From a virus (lineage: Duplodnaviria; Caudoviricetes), in IMG/VR virus record IMGVR_UViG_3300010346_001007, positions 32,001 to 96,000 of that record: a DNA stretch of 64,000 bases. One strand, 5' to 3'. The translations under genes and the position numbers were made by a program. The notes beneath the pieces were generated by a model. The model was not told the origin of the DNA. It ran no database searches and saw nothing but the letters and a program-made list of their open reading frames with translations. This document shows positions 20,923-30,790 of the stretch, piece by piece (within the stretch, counting starts at the first letter, position 1; the number at the start of each line of letters is the position of its first letter).

Positions 20923-21768
20923 TTATCTATCTATTACTAGAAGATAAAGTTCTTTTACAAATTGCTTCCATCGAACCTTATCAAAATTCATTAATTCTTT
21001 GAGATTGCGTGATATAAGTTGTATCATATCATCATATATATGAGGTAGTTTTCCTGACACTAACTTGATAAATGTTTGTTTCCAATCTGGTTTTGCAGCA
21101 TTTTTATTTATCCATCTTTTTATATAAAAAGCATAAGTATAAAGGTTGGGTTTGAATTCAATATCTCTGTTATGATGAGGAATGCGGCGTACGAAATCTC
21201 CCATACTATTATATCTGTGTCCCGCAATATCAGTATTGGGGTCTTGATGTAAAACCTTTTCTTTTGGAAGGCCGACGATTTGATTAAGTTGTATCCAATG
21301 CCGAATTTCATGTTTAATGGTTTCAGTTAATTCATCAAAGGAAGATTCAAATTCTTCGATGAAAAATTGTTTATCGGCCAAAATAAAGATTTCCTTGGGT
21401 TGTTCAAATTCGTTTACATATCCATCTCTTGATGATAAATATCCATCGGAAATTTTTAATATAGTGTCGGGAAATTCGGTTGTATTTTTAGGAATAATTC
21501 GAAAATCAGCATTTCCCCATTGAGTCTTATTACGTTCTTTTTTTGTTTTAAAAAAAGCAGCACTTTCTTGTCTATATTGAGTTGCTAATCTAACATATTC
21601 CTGATATTTTACAATGCGACGGTTTGAGGCGGTTTTCACATTCTGGGCCCGGGTTTTGAAATAGGAGAGAAACATCGACGCAATATATTTTGCTAACTTT
21701 TCAGCAAGTTCTTCAACGTCTGGAGGTAGTGCAAACCCAGCTTCACACAATTGTTTTAATTTTATCAT
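20923..21768 (-). CDS. HEXXH zincin-like protein with MIKLKQL leader
   Basis: TIKHEIRHWIQ, downstream IEFKP. Confidence 0.55.
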   Translation of the reverse strand: MIKLKQLCEAGFALPPDVEELAEKLAKYIASMFLSYFKTRAQNVKTASNRRIVKYQEYVRLATQYRQESAAFFKTKKERNKTQWGNADFRIIPKNTTEFPDTILKISDGYLSSRDGYVNEFEQPKEIFILADKQFFIEEFESSFDELTETIKHEIRHWIQLNQIVGLPKEKVLHQDPNTDIAGHRYNSMGDFVRRIPHHNRDIEFKPNLYTYAFYIKRWINKNAAKPDWKQTFIKLVSGKLPHIYDDMIQLISRNLKELMNFDKVRWKQFVKELYLLVIDR

Positions 21769-21894
21769 AAAGGTATCAAGAATAAATATATAATAATTTC
21801 TGGTTTTTCGGATATATTTAAAAGAGAGTACATTATTCTCAAAAATGTATTTATTGGGAATTTTGTTAGCATTAAAAATAACGATTATAAAAAG

Positions 21895-21923
21895 TTGACA
21901 CTAAATATTAAGTAAGTTATAAT
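21895..21923 (+). promoter_or_regulatory. sigma70-type promoter
   Basis: Perfect TTGACA-N17-TATAAT, 10 nt before ATG 21934. Confidence 0.75.
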
Positions 21924-21933
21924 AAAGGATAAT

Positions 21934-24063
21934 ATGACAACTATACCTCGTACGTTTTGTATTACTCTTAGGGAAACTCCAAAGAGAAAAGAAGAAGCTA
22001 TTAAATATTTCAATCAAGTGGGATTAAATGTTGAAATGTTTGATGGCATACACGGTGAATCATTTGGACTTAAAACGGTTATACCAACTTATGATCTTAT
22101 GGCCGGAAGAGAATATTTTATTACTCAGGGAGCAATAGGATGTATTCTGTCGCATTTAATGTTATGGAATGTATTAATAAATCAACCCGAAGACGAATTT
22201 TTAATTTTAGAAGATGACGCTCAATTGTGTGATGATTTTTTTGAAAAATTTGCCAAATTTAAATTAGAATTACCTGATGATTGGGAAATGGTATATGTGG
22301 GCTATCTTCTTACAAGCGGAGAAAATATTGATACTGTAATTAAAGTATCAGATAATGTAGTTATAGTTGAACCAATGTGTACTCATGCATATTTGGTTAA
22401 AAAATCGGCGCTTAAAGTTCTTATAGAAACCAATCAAATTGCTTGGAATCCATTGGATTTGCAAATTTGTAAACGATCCTTGCCGTTATTAAAACATTAT
22501 GGAGCAAAAACCCCTTTAATTGGACAAAGATCGGTTCTTAATTTAAAGGATGAAACGTGGTATTCTTTATGTTATGATTGGAATGTTAATCCCGAGTGGT
22601 TGGGAAGTTCGAAAAGTAATAATGTTAGATTAGGAAATGGGTGGCATCCTCTTGAAAAGAATGAAGACGGATATATGATTTGGACCGACGGGAGGGGAGA
22701 ATTTATATTTGATGATAAATGGAAAAAAATGCAAATAGAATTTATCATAGAAGGAGAAGTAGAAAAAAAATTAAGAATTGTTTGTCCGCAACACTCGGAT
22801 CAGGTGTATGAATTAAATAAATATGGAATGTATAATTTAACATTTAATATTAACGAATCGCCGTCGGTTATTCTAGTGACTGATACATTTCGACCAAGTG
22901 ATATTTTTAAAACAAGCGATAACAGAAGGTTAGGAATAAGATTATTAAAAGGTATTACTCTTACTGATGTGGAAGGGAAATCGACATTTGTTAGTTTATA
23001 TTCAATGTATGGAGCCAAAAAAGTTGATGAGATGTCTAAAACTGCCGGAATTAGCATGCTTAAAATTAAATATAGTCATGCCGATGGAAAAATAAATCTA
23101 AGAGGACAATATTCGTATAATCATCATCGTTCGGGATTTGGTTATATGCTTGAATTATTATCTGAATATCATCGAGAAGATGCAACGGTAATGGATACAT
23201 GGGTAGAGAGAACATTTGCATGGGAAAAAGTAAAAAATTCACAATTACGGTTTATACCGTATCGTGAACCTTGGGTGGGGATAATGCACCATCCACCAAA
23301 TACTCCTAGCTGGTTCACGGATAATGCAACGCCTTATACTATAATTCAGTGTAAAGAATTTCAAGAAAGTTTACCTATGTGCAAAGGATTATATGTGTTT
23401 TCACAATATCATGCCGATTTCTTAAAATGCTTTATTAAAACTATACCCATAGAGGTTCTTCGATTGCCCACCGAAACCCCCGAGGTTAAATTTAATATGG
23501 ATAAGTTTATTGCTAATACTAATAAAAAAATTGTTAATATTGGATATTGGTTGAGAAAATTATCTTCTATTTATTTATTAAATTCAGACCAGGGAATTTA
23601 TCAAAAGATTCGTCTGTTACCGGCAACGACATGGGTTCCACCAGAATTAATAGAAACAACACTTGATATAGAAGCCGGATTTCGTGGTTATCCAATTTCG
23701 GATGATATGAAACGATCTGTTATAGATGTTCGCCATCTTCCTAATGATGAATATGATGAATTGCTTTCAAAAAATATATTGTTTGTTGATTTATATGATG
23801 CCAGTGCTAATAATTGTGTTATTGAAGCTATGGTAAGAAATACTCCAATATTAATTAATCCTGTACCTGCGGTGGTTGAATATTTAGGTGAACAATATCC
23901 ATTTTATTTTAAAGATTTAGAAGAAGCTTCTAAAAAGCTAAAGGATATAGCTCTAATTAAAGAAACCAGTGATTATTTATTAAATAGTGGTATCGCAGAA
24001 AAAGTATCGGATGAACATTTTAAACGTACAATTAGAAATGGGGAAATCTGGAAGAATTTATGA
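21934..24063 (+). CDS. multidomain glycosyltransferase: GT25 + beta-sandwich + GT-B-like domain
   Basis: GAIGCILSH, LILEDDA, THAYLV (GT25); GWHPLE..WT..D.RRLG middle domain; C-terminal DASANNCVIEAM. Confidence 0.8.
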   Translation: MTTIPRTFCITLRETPKRKEEAIKYFNQVGLNVEMFDGIHGESFGLKTVIPTYDLMAGREYFITQGAIGCILSHLMLWNVLINQPEDEFLILEDDAQLCDDFFEKFAKFKLELPDDWEMVYVGYLLTSGENIDTVIKVSDNVVIVEPMCTHAYLVKKSALKVLIETNQIAWNPLDLQICKRSLPLLKHYGAKTPLIGQRSVLNLKDETWYSLCYDWNVNPEWLGSSKSNNVRLGNGWHPLEKNEDGYMIWTDGRGEFIFDDKWKKMQIEFIIEGEVEKKLRIVCPQHSDQVYELNKYGMYNLTFNINESPSVILVTDTFRPSDIFKTSDNRRLGIRLLKGITLTDVEGKSTFVSLYSMYGAKKVDEMSKTAGISMLKIKYSHADGKINLRGQYSYNHHRSGFGYMLELLSEYHREDATVMDTWVERTFAWEKVKNSQLRFIPYREPWVGIMHHPPNTPSWFTDNATPYTIIQCKEFQESLPMCKGLYVFSQYHADFLKCFIKTIPIEVLRLPTETPEVKFNMDKFIANTNKKIVNIGYWLRKLSSIYLLNSDQGIYQKIRLLPATTWVPPELIETTLDIEAGFRGYPISDDMKRSVIDVRHLPNDEYDELLSKNILFVDLYDASANNCVIEAMVRNTPILINPVPAVVEYLGEQYPFYFKDLEEASKKLKDIALIKETSDYLLNSGIAEKVSDEHFKRTIRNGEIWKNL

Positions 24064-24845
24064 TTCCGAAAATTATTCATTTTATATTTGGATTAAGAGA
24101 AGATTTTGGAGGAATGCCGTTCTCTCAATGTCATTATTGGTCTATATTATCTGCTAAAATAATAAATAAAGATTATGAAATAGTTTTACATTATTTTTAC
24201 GAACCAGTTAATAATGAATGGTGGGAAAAATGTAAAAGTATAATAAAATTAAATAAATTAAAACAACTTCCTGTATCTGTTACAAATCATATTATAGAAA
24301 AACATGCTCATCGTTCTGATTTATTGCGGTTGGATATATTAAATGAAGAAGGAGGTATATGTTTAGATATTGATACTATTTGTATTAAACCTTTTGATCC
24401 GTTATTAGTACATGAAAATAAAGTTGTCATGGGAATAGAAGTATTTGACGGAATTATTACAGGATTGTGTAATGCAGTTATTATTTCAAATAAAAACAAT
24501 ATATTTTTACAAAGATGGAAACAATTGTGTTTAATTGAATTCGATCCACGAGATTATAATAGAACAGGCGTAAAACTTCCGTGGAGATTATATAATAGTT
24601 TTCCCGATGATATATGGGTTGAACCGCCAGAGTCATTTTTTCGGTTAACATGGTCGGAAAAAGACTTTCAAGAGATGTATTTTAATAAAATTATATTTGA
24701 TCGTTCTTATTCAGTGCATTTATATAATGGCTCGTGGAAATATCTTCAGCAAATTACGTATGAAGATATTATGAATAAAGATACTTCGTATAATTTACTT
24801 ATGAGAAAAATTTTAAATGAAGCACGTACTCAATCAATTCTTTGA
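24060..24845 (+). CDS. GT32 (DXD-motif) glycosyltransferase
   Basis: MIPKIIHF, SDLLRLDIL..EGGICLDID, NAVI. Confidence 0.85.
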   Translation: MIPKIIHFIFGLREDFGGMPFSQCHYWSILSAKIINKDYEIVLHYFYEPVNNEWWEKCKSIIKLNKLKQLPVSVTNHIIEKHAHRSDLLRLDILNEEGGICLDIDTICIKPFDPLLVHENKVVMGIEVFDGIITGLCNAVIISNKNNIFLQRWKQLCLIEFDPRDYNRTGVKLPWRLYNSFPDDIWVEPPESFFRLTWSEKDFQEMYFNKIIFDRSYSVHLYNGSWKYLQQITYEDIMNKDTSYNLLMRKILNEARTQSIL

Positions 24846-25470
24846 CAAAATTTATTGTATTACTTGTGAAAATTTTACAGATCGACACAGTCTTGTAAAA
24901 GAACAATTAAAAGATATTGAATTTGATTGGGTTATTAGTCCTCCTTCAGCATCGTTATTTAATAATGGGCATATTACTACTTCAGAAATGTCTGTGGCGC
25001 TGGGACAAATATCTGTGATAAATAATGCCCGTTTAAATGGATATAATAAAATTGCTATTTGGGAAGATGATGGAGTACTAACGGCAACTTCAAATGAAAT
25101 TAAATCTTTTATAGATGAAATTCCTGATAAGTGGGATTTTTTATATTTGGGAAATGCTAACTGGACGGATAAATTTTGGCCTCCTATCGTTAAAGAATAT
25201 TCTTTGCATGTTAATAAAGTTTATAGAGCAAATGGTTGTTCATTTATAGGAATAAATTCACAAATATATAATGAAATATTATTTAAGTTAAATAAATTAG
25301 ATCGGGCTTCTGATTTTAAATTTAACGATTTATATGAGAGAGGTAATACTTACGGTCCAAAAAAGTATTTTTCCAATACTATATCTATACCCCACGAAAA
25401 AATACGGCACACTTTTAGTGAAGAAAATTTGAAAAAGTTTATTCCTTCTTATATTTCTCATACTTTATAA
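24817..25470 (+). CDS. GT25-like glycosyltransferase
   Basis: FDKIYCI..R, IWEDD, WDFLYLG. Confidence 0.7.
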   Translation: MKHVLNQFFDKIYCITCENFTDRHSLVKEQLKDIEFDWVISPPSASLFNNGHITTSEMSVALGQISVINNARLNGYNKIAIWEDDGVLTATSNEIKSFIDEIPDKWDFLYLGNANWTDKFWPPIVKEYSLHVNKVYRANGCSFIGINSQIYNEILFKLNKLDRASDFKFNDLYERGNTYGPKKYFSNTISIPHEKIRHTFSEENLKKFIPSYISHTL

Positions 25471-25513
25471 TTTATAGTAAGTTATTTGTTTTTACTGTGA
25501 TATTTATATAAGT

Positions 25514-26485
25514 ATGGAAAACTATAGAGAATATTGTAATAGGCTTTTGGGATTACCCAAAAATAAAAAATCGATTTTATCTGAAATGAGGCATACTTCC
25601 CTCGATTCTCCGATATTATCTCCGACGGCAATACCTACTCCTATTATTGGTGGGGCTGTTAGAGGAAGTGTTACGGGAGGATTGCCTTCGGGGGCCGACC
25701 AATTTGGAGATATAAGCCCCAGCCGATTGGGGGGTTATGAAAAGGTCGATGTAAATACAGTTAATAGTAAACTTGTAGATAATACTCCTAAAAATCCCGA
25801 AATAGCATCGCCCAATCCTATTAATCAAGACCCATCTTTAGTGGGGGGAGTTACGCACCCGCATCAAGTTCAAAAAAATGCGGGGGAAGTCCCTCAAAAT
25901 GTTACAGGAGCTTCTACGGATGGCGATGATTCTTTAATGGTAAAACCAAACGCCCCCGATGGAATTGATATTGAAATAGATGAGAGGGGAAAAACCCCTC
26001 CGGTTGGAAGCCATGTAGTAAGAGAACTGGATGAAACATTCAGAAGGCATAAAAAATTTATGAGAAAAAGTCTTAATCTTAAAGAATGTACCTGTGAATG
26101 CGGAGATCCCGATTGTAAATGTGAATGCATGACTGACGAATGTATGACGGATGAGTGCAAATCTTGTGGTTGCGGAAAATCTAAAAAAAATAAAATGGAA
26201 GAAAACGTGGGAGCTTCGGAACCATTTGTAACTAAATGGAAAATGGATCCGGAAAAAGCTGGAATGATAAAAGTTGAAGAAAAAGAAACGATTAAAGAAG
26301 CATTTGAACGATTGAATACTTTAGCTGGTATATCTCCATTAAAAGAAAAAAATAAAGAAAAAGAAGTTAATGAAGAAGAACTTTCAGAAACCTCTGATAA
26401 ATACAGTCCTCCATTTTCTCGTATGAGAGGTTTAGCAAATATTGGTGAAAAAAGAATGATGCCCGACGGTACTTGGACGGTGTAA
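25514..26485 (+). CDS. hypothetical protein with Cys-rich segment; possible head-internal protein
   Basis: Low-complexity sequence; CTCECGDPDCKCECMTDECMTDECKSCGC; repeated RLNTLAGI / RMRGLANI. Confidence 0.6.
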   Translation: MENYREYCNRLLGLPKNKKSILSEMRHTSLDSPILSPTAIPTPIIGGAVRGSVTGGLPSGADQFGDISPSRLGGYEKVDVNTVNSKLVDNTPKNPEIASPNPINQDPSLVGGVTHPHQVQKNAGEVPQNVTGASTDGDDSLMVKPNAPDGIDIEIDERGKTPPVGSHVVRELDETFRRHKKFMRKSLNLKECTCECGDPDCKCECMTDECMTDECKSCGCGKSKKNKMEENVGASEPFVTKWKMDPEKAGMIKVEEKETIKEAFERLNTLAGISPLKEKNKEKEVNEEELSETSDKYSPPFSRMRGLANIGEKRMMPDGTWTV

Positions 26486-26487
26486 TT

Positions 26488-26928
26488 ATGTCAGATAAAA
26501 TAAATAATATTATAGATTCCGGATTAAAACATCAATTGGGATCTTTATATCATTATTTATCTAAAAAATTAAATATACGTAAAATTCCTCGCTTAAAAGT
26601 GGTTAATGATAAAAAAAATCATGATAATCCATTTGGATATACTGCGTATTATAAAAATAATACAATTACATTATATATTACCGGAAGACATTCAACCGAT
26701 ATTCTTCGGTCCTTTGCTCATGAAGTAATACATCATTGGCAAAATGAACGAGGAACGTTGAGAGATTCTAATTCTAACGATCCAGGATATGCTCAGTCGG
26801 ATGAGTGGTTAAGAAGAAGAGAAATGGAAGCATATCTATTTGGAAATTTATTATTTAGAGATTGGCAAGATGAGAATAGAAATGGTCCTCCTAAAAATAT
26901 TCCTTTCTTGCCTCAACCATTGGATTAA
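26488..26928 (+). CDS. HEXXH metallopeptidase-like protein
   Basis: TAYY, DILRSFAHEVIHHWQ, EMEAY. Confidence 0.65.
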   Translation: MSDKINNIIDSGLKHQLGSLYHYLSKKLNIRKIPRLKVVNDKKNHDNPFGYTAYYKNNTITLYITGRHSTDILRSFAHEVIHHWQNERGTLRDSNSNDPGYAQSDEWLRRREMEAYLFGNLLFRDWQDENRNGPPKNIPFLPQPLD

Positions 26929-26931
26929 ATT

Positions 26932-27360
26932 ATGAGTGATAATTACGAAAGTTTAAATTCAAAATTGCCCGATTTAAAGTCCGTAATTATAAATAGAGCA
27001 AAGGGTAAACGTGAAGAAATATTACCGCCTCCCGGAACATTTGATCCATACCAAATGATGATTGATAGAAAAAGAGAAATGGATCCATCTGACTTTAAAC
27101 CAGGTCCTATTGTACGATGGCCCAAAGAAGATATTGAAGCGTTAGAAGAATATTGTAAAAAAATGGGAATACATGGATTTAAAACAACAATAAATCCAAA
27201 AATTGCTTTAGCACAATTGAAGCGAAAATTCGGGGACGATTATACGGGAGTACCAATGGAAGACCGAGTTCCAGAAGGATATGAACGAATAACACCTAAA
27301 TATGGTCCTAATAATACCTATTCCGAGGCAATGCGGAAAAAACAAATATTACACGATTAA
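26932..27360 (+). CDS. hypothetical protein
   Basis: 142-aa ORF in the same-strand run. Confidence 0.6.
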   Translation: MSDNYESLNSKLPDLKSVIINRAKGKREEILPPPGTFDPYQMMIDRKREMDPSDFKPGPIVRWPKEDIEALEEYCKKMGIHGFKTTINPKIALAQLKRKFGDDYTGVPMEDRVPEGYERITPKYGPNNTYSEAMRKKQILHD

Positions 27361-27385
27361 TTTTATTTATAAGAATTAAATAAAA

Positions 27386-28303
27386 TTAAGAATCTATTGT
27401 CCATCCTAGATTTCTCAATCCTTGTATAGCTGCTTTACCTTGAGTTCCTATAGTATCAAGATCGGTTCCCTCAATATTTAAATAAGCTTTAGTTGTAGAT
27501 TCTTTACTTTGTGTATAAAATTGAGGCAATATTGAATCTAAAACGTCATTTGATAGATTTGTATTTTTAAGATTTATGTAGGATAAACTAATATTATTTG
27601 ACATTGTAAATTCTTCTAAAGAAGTACATCCTTCGAGAGACATAGATATAAAATTCTCATTTCCTATTACATCATATACTTTAAGTTGGGAACAACTATC
27701 AAATGTTAATCCGGCTAAAGTTGGACAATAATGTGAATGTACTTCAATTACATTAGATGAAGTATATGGAATTTTATATCCCGATCCAGTAAATACTACT
27801 CCCGAATCAATATTTCCTTTAAAATATGAACGAGAATCGAAAGTCCCGCTAAAATATGAATTGCTAATTATAGTTCCTGAAAATTCAATACTTCCCGTAA
27901 TTACTCCGGCCATACTTCCACTAAATATTCCAACTGCTTCTGATTGCTCAATTATAATCACATTGTTTTCAGACATTTCACCCACATGAAATATGGGTTC
28001 TGTATTGGGTGGAACTATATATGACCCACTAAAGTAAAAATGAGGAAATTGACCATCCAAAATAGATTCGCTTTGAATGGAACAACTTAAATCGAAACTG
28101 CCGGTTAAAGATCCACTAATTATTGAATCCTTTATTGATCCACTCATTAATGATTCACTTATAAATGATCCACTAATTATTGAATTTGAATAAATATAAG
28201 TCTCTGTTGATCCACTATTAATTTTAGTATATGAATGTCCATAAATAGGTGAAAAGGATCCACTGGGTTTCGGAATTATTATTTTGTTTTCAAATGCTAT
28301 CAT
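27386..28303 (-). CDS. SGS-rich protein with LRR-like C-terminus; possibly virion-associated
   Basis: Repeated SGS/TGS; SLEGCTSLEEFTMSNNISLSYINLKNTNL. Confidence 0.55.
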   Translation of the reverse strand: MIAFENKIIIPKPSGSFSPIYGHSYTKINSGSTETYIYSNSIISGSFISESLMSGSIKDSIISGSLTGSFDLSCSIQSESILDGQFPHFYFSGSYIVPPNTEPIFHVGEMSENNVIIIEQSEAVGIFSGSMAGVITGSIEFSGTIISNSYFSGTFDSRSYFKGNIDSGVVFTGSGYKIPYTSSNVIEVHSHYCPTLAGLTFDSCSQLKVYDVIGNENFISMSLEGCTSLEEFTMSNNISLSYINLKNTNLSNDVLDSILPQFYTQSKESTTKAYLNIEGTDLDTIGTQGKAAIQGLRNLGWTIDS

Positions 28304-28307
28304 AATA

Positions 28308-28628
28308 TTATAAATTTGGGTCAATTACAAGGATTAAAGTATTATTATATGGATCGGACAACCTTGGGTCAACAACTGTAGTTGTTCTTTCCAATTCAAA
28401 TTTAGATAATGTAGATTGGATTACTTTTATAGAAGGATCTATTGCAATAGATTTAATTCCTTTGAGTGGGGGTTGAAAGGTATAATATGCCTTTTTATAA
28501 TGGGTATCGATGACAAACCAAGGTTCTTCTTTGTAATCTAATTGTCCGACCCATCCGAGTTTTATAGCTAAAGATTTAGCCGGAATAAAATTAGTAGAAT
28601 CTATTGATATATAAATTTTCTTTATCAT
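28308..28628 (-). CDS. hypothetical protein
   Basis: 106-aa ORF preceded by TATTTATA on its sense strand. Confidence 0.55.
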   Translation of the reverse strand: MIKKIYISIDSTNFIPAKSLAIKLGWVGQLDYKEEPWFVIDTHYKKAYYTFQPPLKGIKSIAIDPSIKVIQSTLSKFELERTTTVVDPRLSDPYNNTLILVIDPNL

Positions 28629-28723
28629 ATCTATAAATAGTTTATATTTTTATAAAATTATAAAAAATAATTAAAAAGATTTACGAAATATAGAAATATA
28701 TTTATAAATACAGGAAATTTAAC

Positions 28724-29671
28724 ATGAAAAAAATATATGTTTCAATAATTGTTGCGGGATTGACAGCTTTATTAACAAGTTGTGCTATTTTTACAACAAA
28801 AGGGAAAGCCTCTATAGCCGAAGAAAAAGGCCGAATTAAAATTGTTGATTTAGAAGCTGCTCAATCAGAAAATGTAGCTAATAAGTTAGATGAAGTGGCT
28901 GGATGGGCATATGGTACGGATTATGCACTTAGTAAAGTAAATGAACCTTCTCAAGAAGTTATAGTTGCTAAAGATATAAATAGACGAGTTATTTCTCTTT
29001 CTGGAAGTCCTACTATTGAAAAAATGAAGGAAATGCAAGAAATGATTGATAAATTGACTTCCGATTTAGAATTGGAAAAGGAAATGGGGAAGAAAAAATT
29101 GGCCTCAAAAGATAAAGAAATACTACAATTGCAGAATGAAAGTAAAGCAATATCAAAGGCTAAAGAAGTTGAAATAAAAAAATATATGGATAAAGCGGCT
29201 GCCGCCGCTGCCGCCGCAGATGCATATAAATTCCAATTGAAAGAATATGAGGGTTGGTTTGGATTAAAAGCAGTAGTTAAAGGCTTATGGCAATTTATTC
29301 GTACATCAATGTGGTTTTTATTAGGAGGAAGTATTTTATTCTTTATTTTAAGAATGGCCGCATTTTCTAGTCCAATTGCAGCATCTATATTTAGTATATT
29401 TACTACTATAGCGGGCTGGATAATTAATATTATACAATTTATTGTTCCAAAAGCAGTTGAAGCAACGGGGTATATTACTAATAAGGCATTTAATGTTTAT
29501 AAAAGTGCCTTGTGGAAAGTTGTTGATGGAATTCAAATTATAAGATATAAAGCCGAAGAAACAGGAAAAACTCCAGATATTGAAGAAGCCATTGAAGAAA
29601 TTAGTAAAACAATGAGTCCAGAAGAGAAAGAAATTATTAATAATATAAAAAAGACATTAAATTGGAAATAG
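28724..29671 (+). CDS. lipoprotein with coiled coil and C-terminal transmembrane helices (spanin-like)
   Basis: Lipobox LLTSC at Cys20; long K/E-rich helix; two hydrophobic segments at about residues 195-245. Confidence 0.55.
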   Translation: MKKIYVSIIVAGLTALLTSCAIFTTKGKASIAEEKGRIKIVDLEAAQSENVANKLDEVAGWAYGTDYALSKVNEPSQEVIVAKDINRRVISLSGSPTIEKMKEMQEMIDKLTSDLELEKEMGKKKLASKDKEILQLQNESKAISKAKEVEIKKYMDKAAAAAAAADAYKFQLKEYEGWFGLKAVVKGLWQFIRTSMWFLLGGSILFFILRMAAFSSPIAASIFSIFTTIAGWIINIIQFIVPKAVEATGYITNKAFNVYKSALWKVVDGIQIIRYKAEETGKTPDIEEAIEEISKTMSPEEKEIINNIKKTLNWK

Positions 29672-29703
29672 TCAATACTATTTATATTTAATATTAAAGC
29701 ATT

Positions 29704-30387
29704 ATGAAAATTACAAAAAATCAACTAAAACGGGCAATTAAACAAATAGTAAGAGAAACTATTGAAGAGCGGCATGAGAAAAAGCAAACTCTTTTCAAAA
29801 AACATTTAACTGAGGCCGGATTAACTAGCGAAACTGAAAATCAAACTCAAGGTTATAATGAGAATGAAGAGATCATGCTTATTAAAGTAATGAAATTAAT
29901 TGCCGATAAATTGTTAGCCATGCACGGAAATCAAGCTACCCCAACAATTGGAATGGCAACGGCAGAATATCCCGCTGACAACCAGGAGGATAACCAATCT
30001 GATATGGAAATAGAAGCCGAACCGGAAGATGGCGATGATGGAAATGAGGGAGAAGAAATTCCTACAGATAATGACAATGTAGAAGAAATTCCATTGGGTG
30101 ATGAGGAGCCAGAAAATAATGTCGATGGAGATGAAGAAAATGAAGTTCCAGCCGATAATGAAACGCCGGAAGATAAAGAAGAAGACGAAGAAAATTTAGA
30201 AGAAGCTTCATATAAAAAAATTGCCAAGCGTGCATATGAAACTTCGAAAGATATGAAAGCTCGTACAATACAATATGATCCCGAAGTTACTGAAAACTTT
30301 AAAGTTCAAACTCGGTCTTATCGTACTTCAGATGATAATGCTAGTGATCCTAATAAAGTAAGGGACCCCGAAATTCCACAAGTATAA
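29704..30387 (+). CDS. acidic protein; possible prohead core/internal protein
   Basis: MKITKNQLKRAIKQIVRE leader; long D/E-rich tract. Confidence 0.55.
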   Translation: MKITKNQLKRAIKQIVRETIEERHEKKQTLFKKHLTEAGLTSETENQTQGYNENEEIMLIKVMKLIADKLLAMHGNQATPTIGMATAEYPADNQEDNQSDMEIEAEPEDGDDGNEGEEIPTDNDNVEEIPLGDEEPENNVDGDEENEVPADNETPEDKEEDEENLEEASYKKIAKRAYETSKDMKARTIQYDPEVTENFKVQTRSYRTSDDNASDPNKVRDPEIPQV

Positions 30388-30473
30388 AATAAATAAATAA
30401 AAAAAGTTGATATTATGTTCATGATAGGGCATAATATATATGTTATAGGTTAAATTATAAATAAAGGATCTTT

Positions 30474-30770
30474 ATGTCATTATATGTAATTGATACAACA
30501 TTAAATCCTCCACAAGAAAAGAGATTTATTAATTACTCCGATCTTGTATTATATTTGGATGGAATGTCTCAAAGAGCATTTGGACAAACACGAAAACAAC
30601 GTACTATATTATTAGAAGAATGTGGGCATGGGGCCGATGATAGAAACTCAACATTGTTTGTAAGATCCATGCAAGAGCAATTCCAAATAGGAATTGTTAG
30701 AGATGGTCGCCTAGTACGATGCGATGTTACCGCTCTCATTTCATTTCAAAAACCCGAATTTGGGGATTAA
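30474..30770 (+). CDS. hypothetical protein
   Basis: 98-aa ORF with upstream AAGGA. Confidence 0.55.
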   Translation: MSLYVIDTTLNPPQEKRFINYSDLVLYLDGMSQRAFGQTRKQRTILLEECGHGADDRNSTLFVRSMQEQFQIGIVRDGRLVRCDVTALISFQKPEFGD

Positions 30771-30790
30771 TATTGTTAGTCTAATTAGTT

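Noticed and set aside
29194-29220. GC-rich GCN repeat
   Set aside because: It simply encodes the poly-Ala run in the lipoprotein helix
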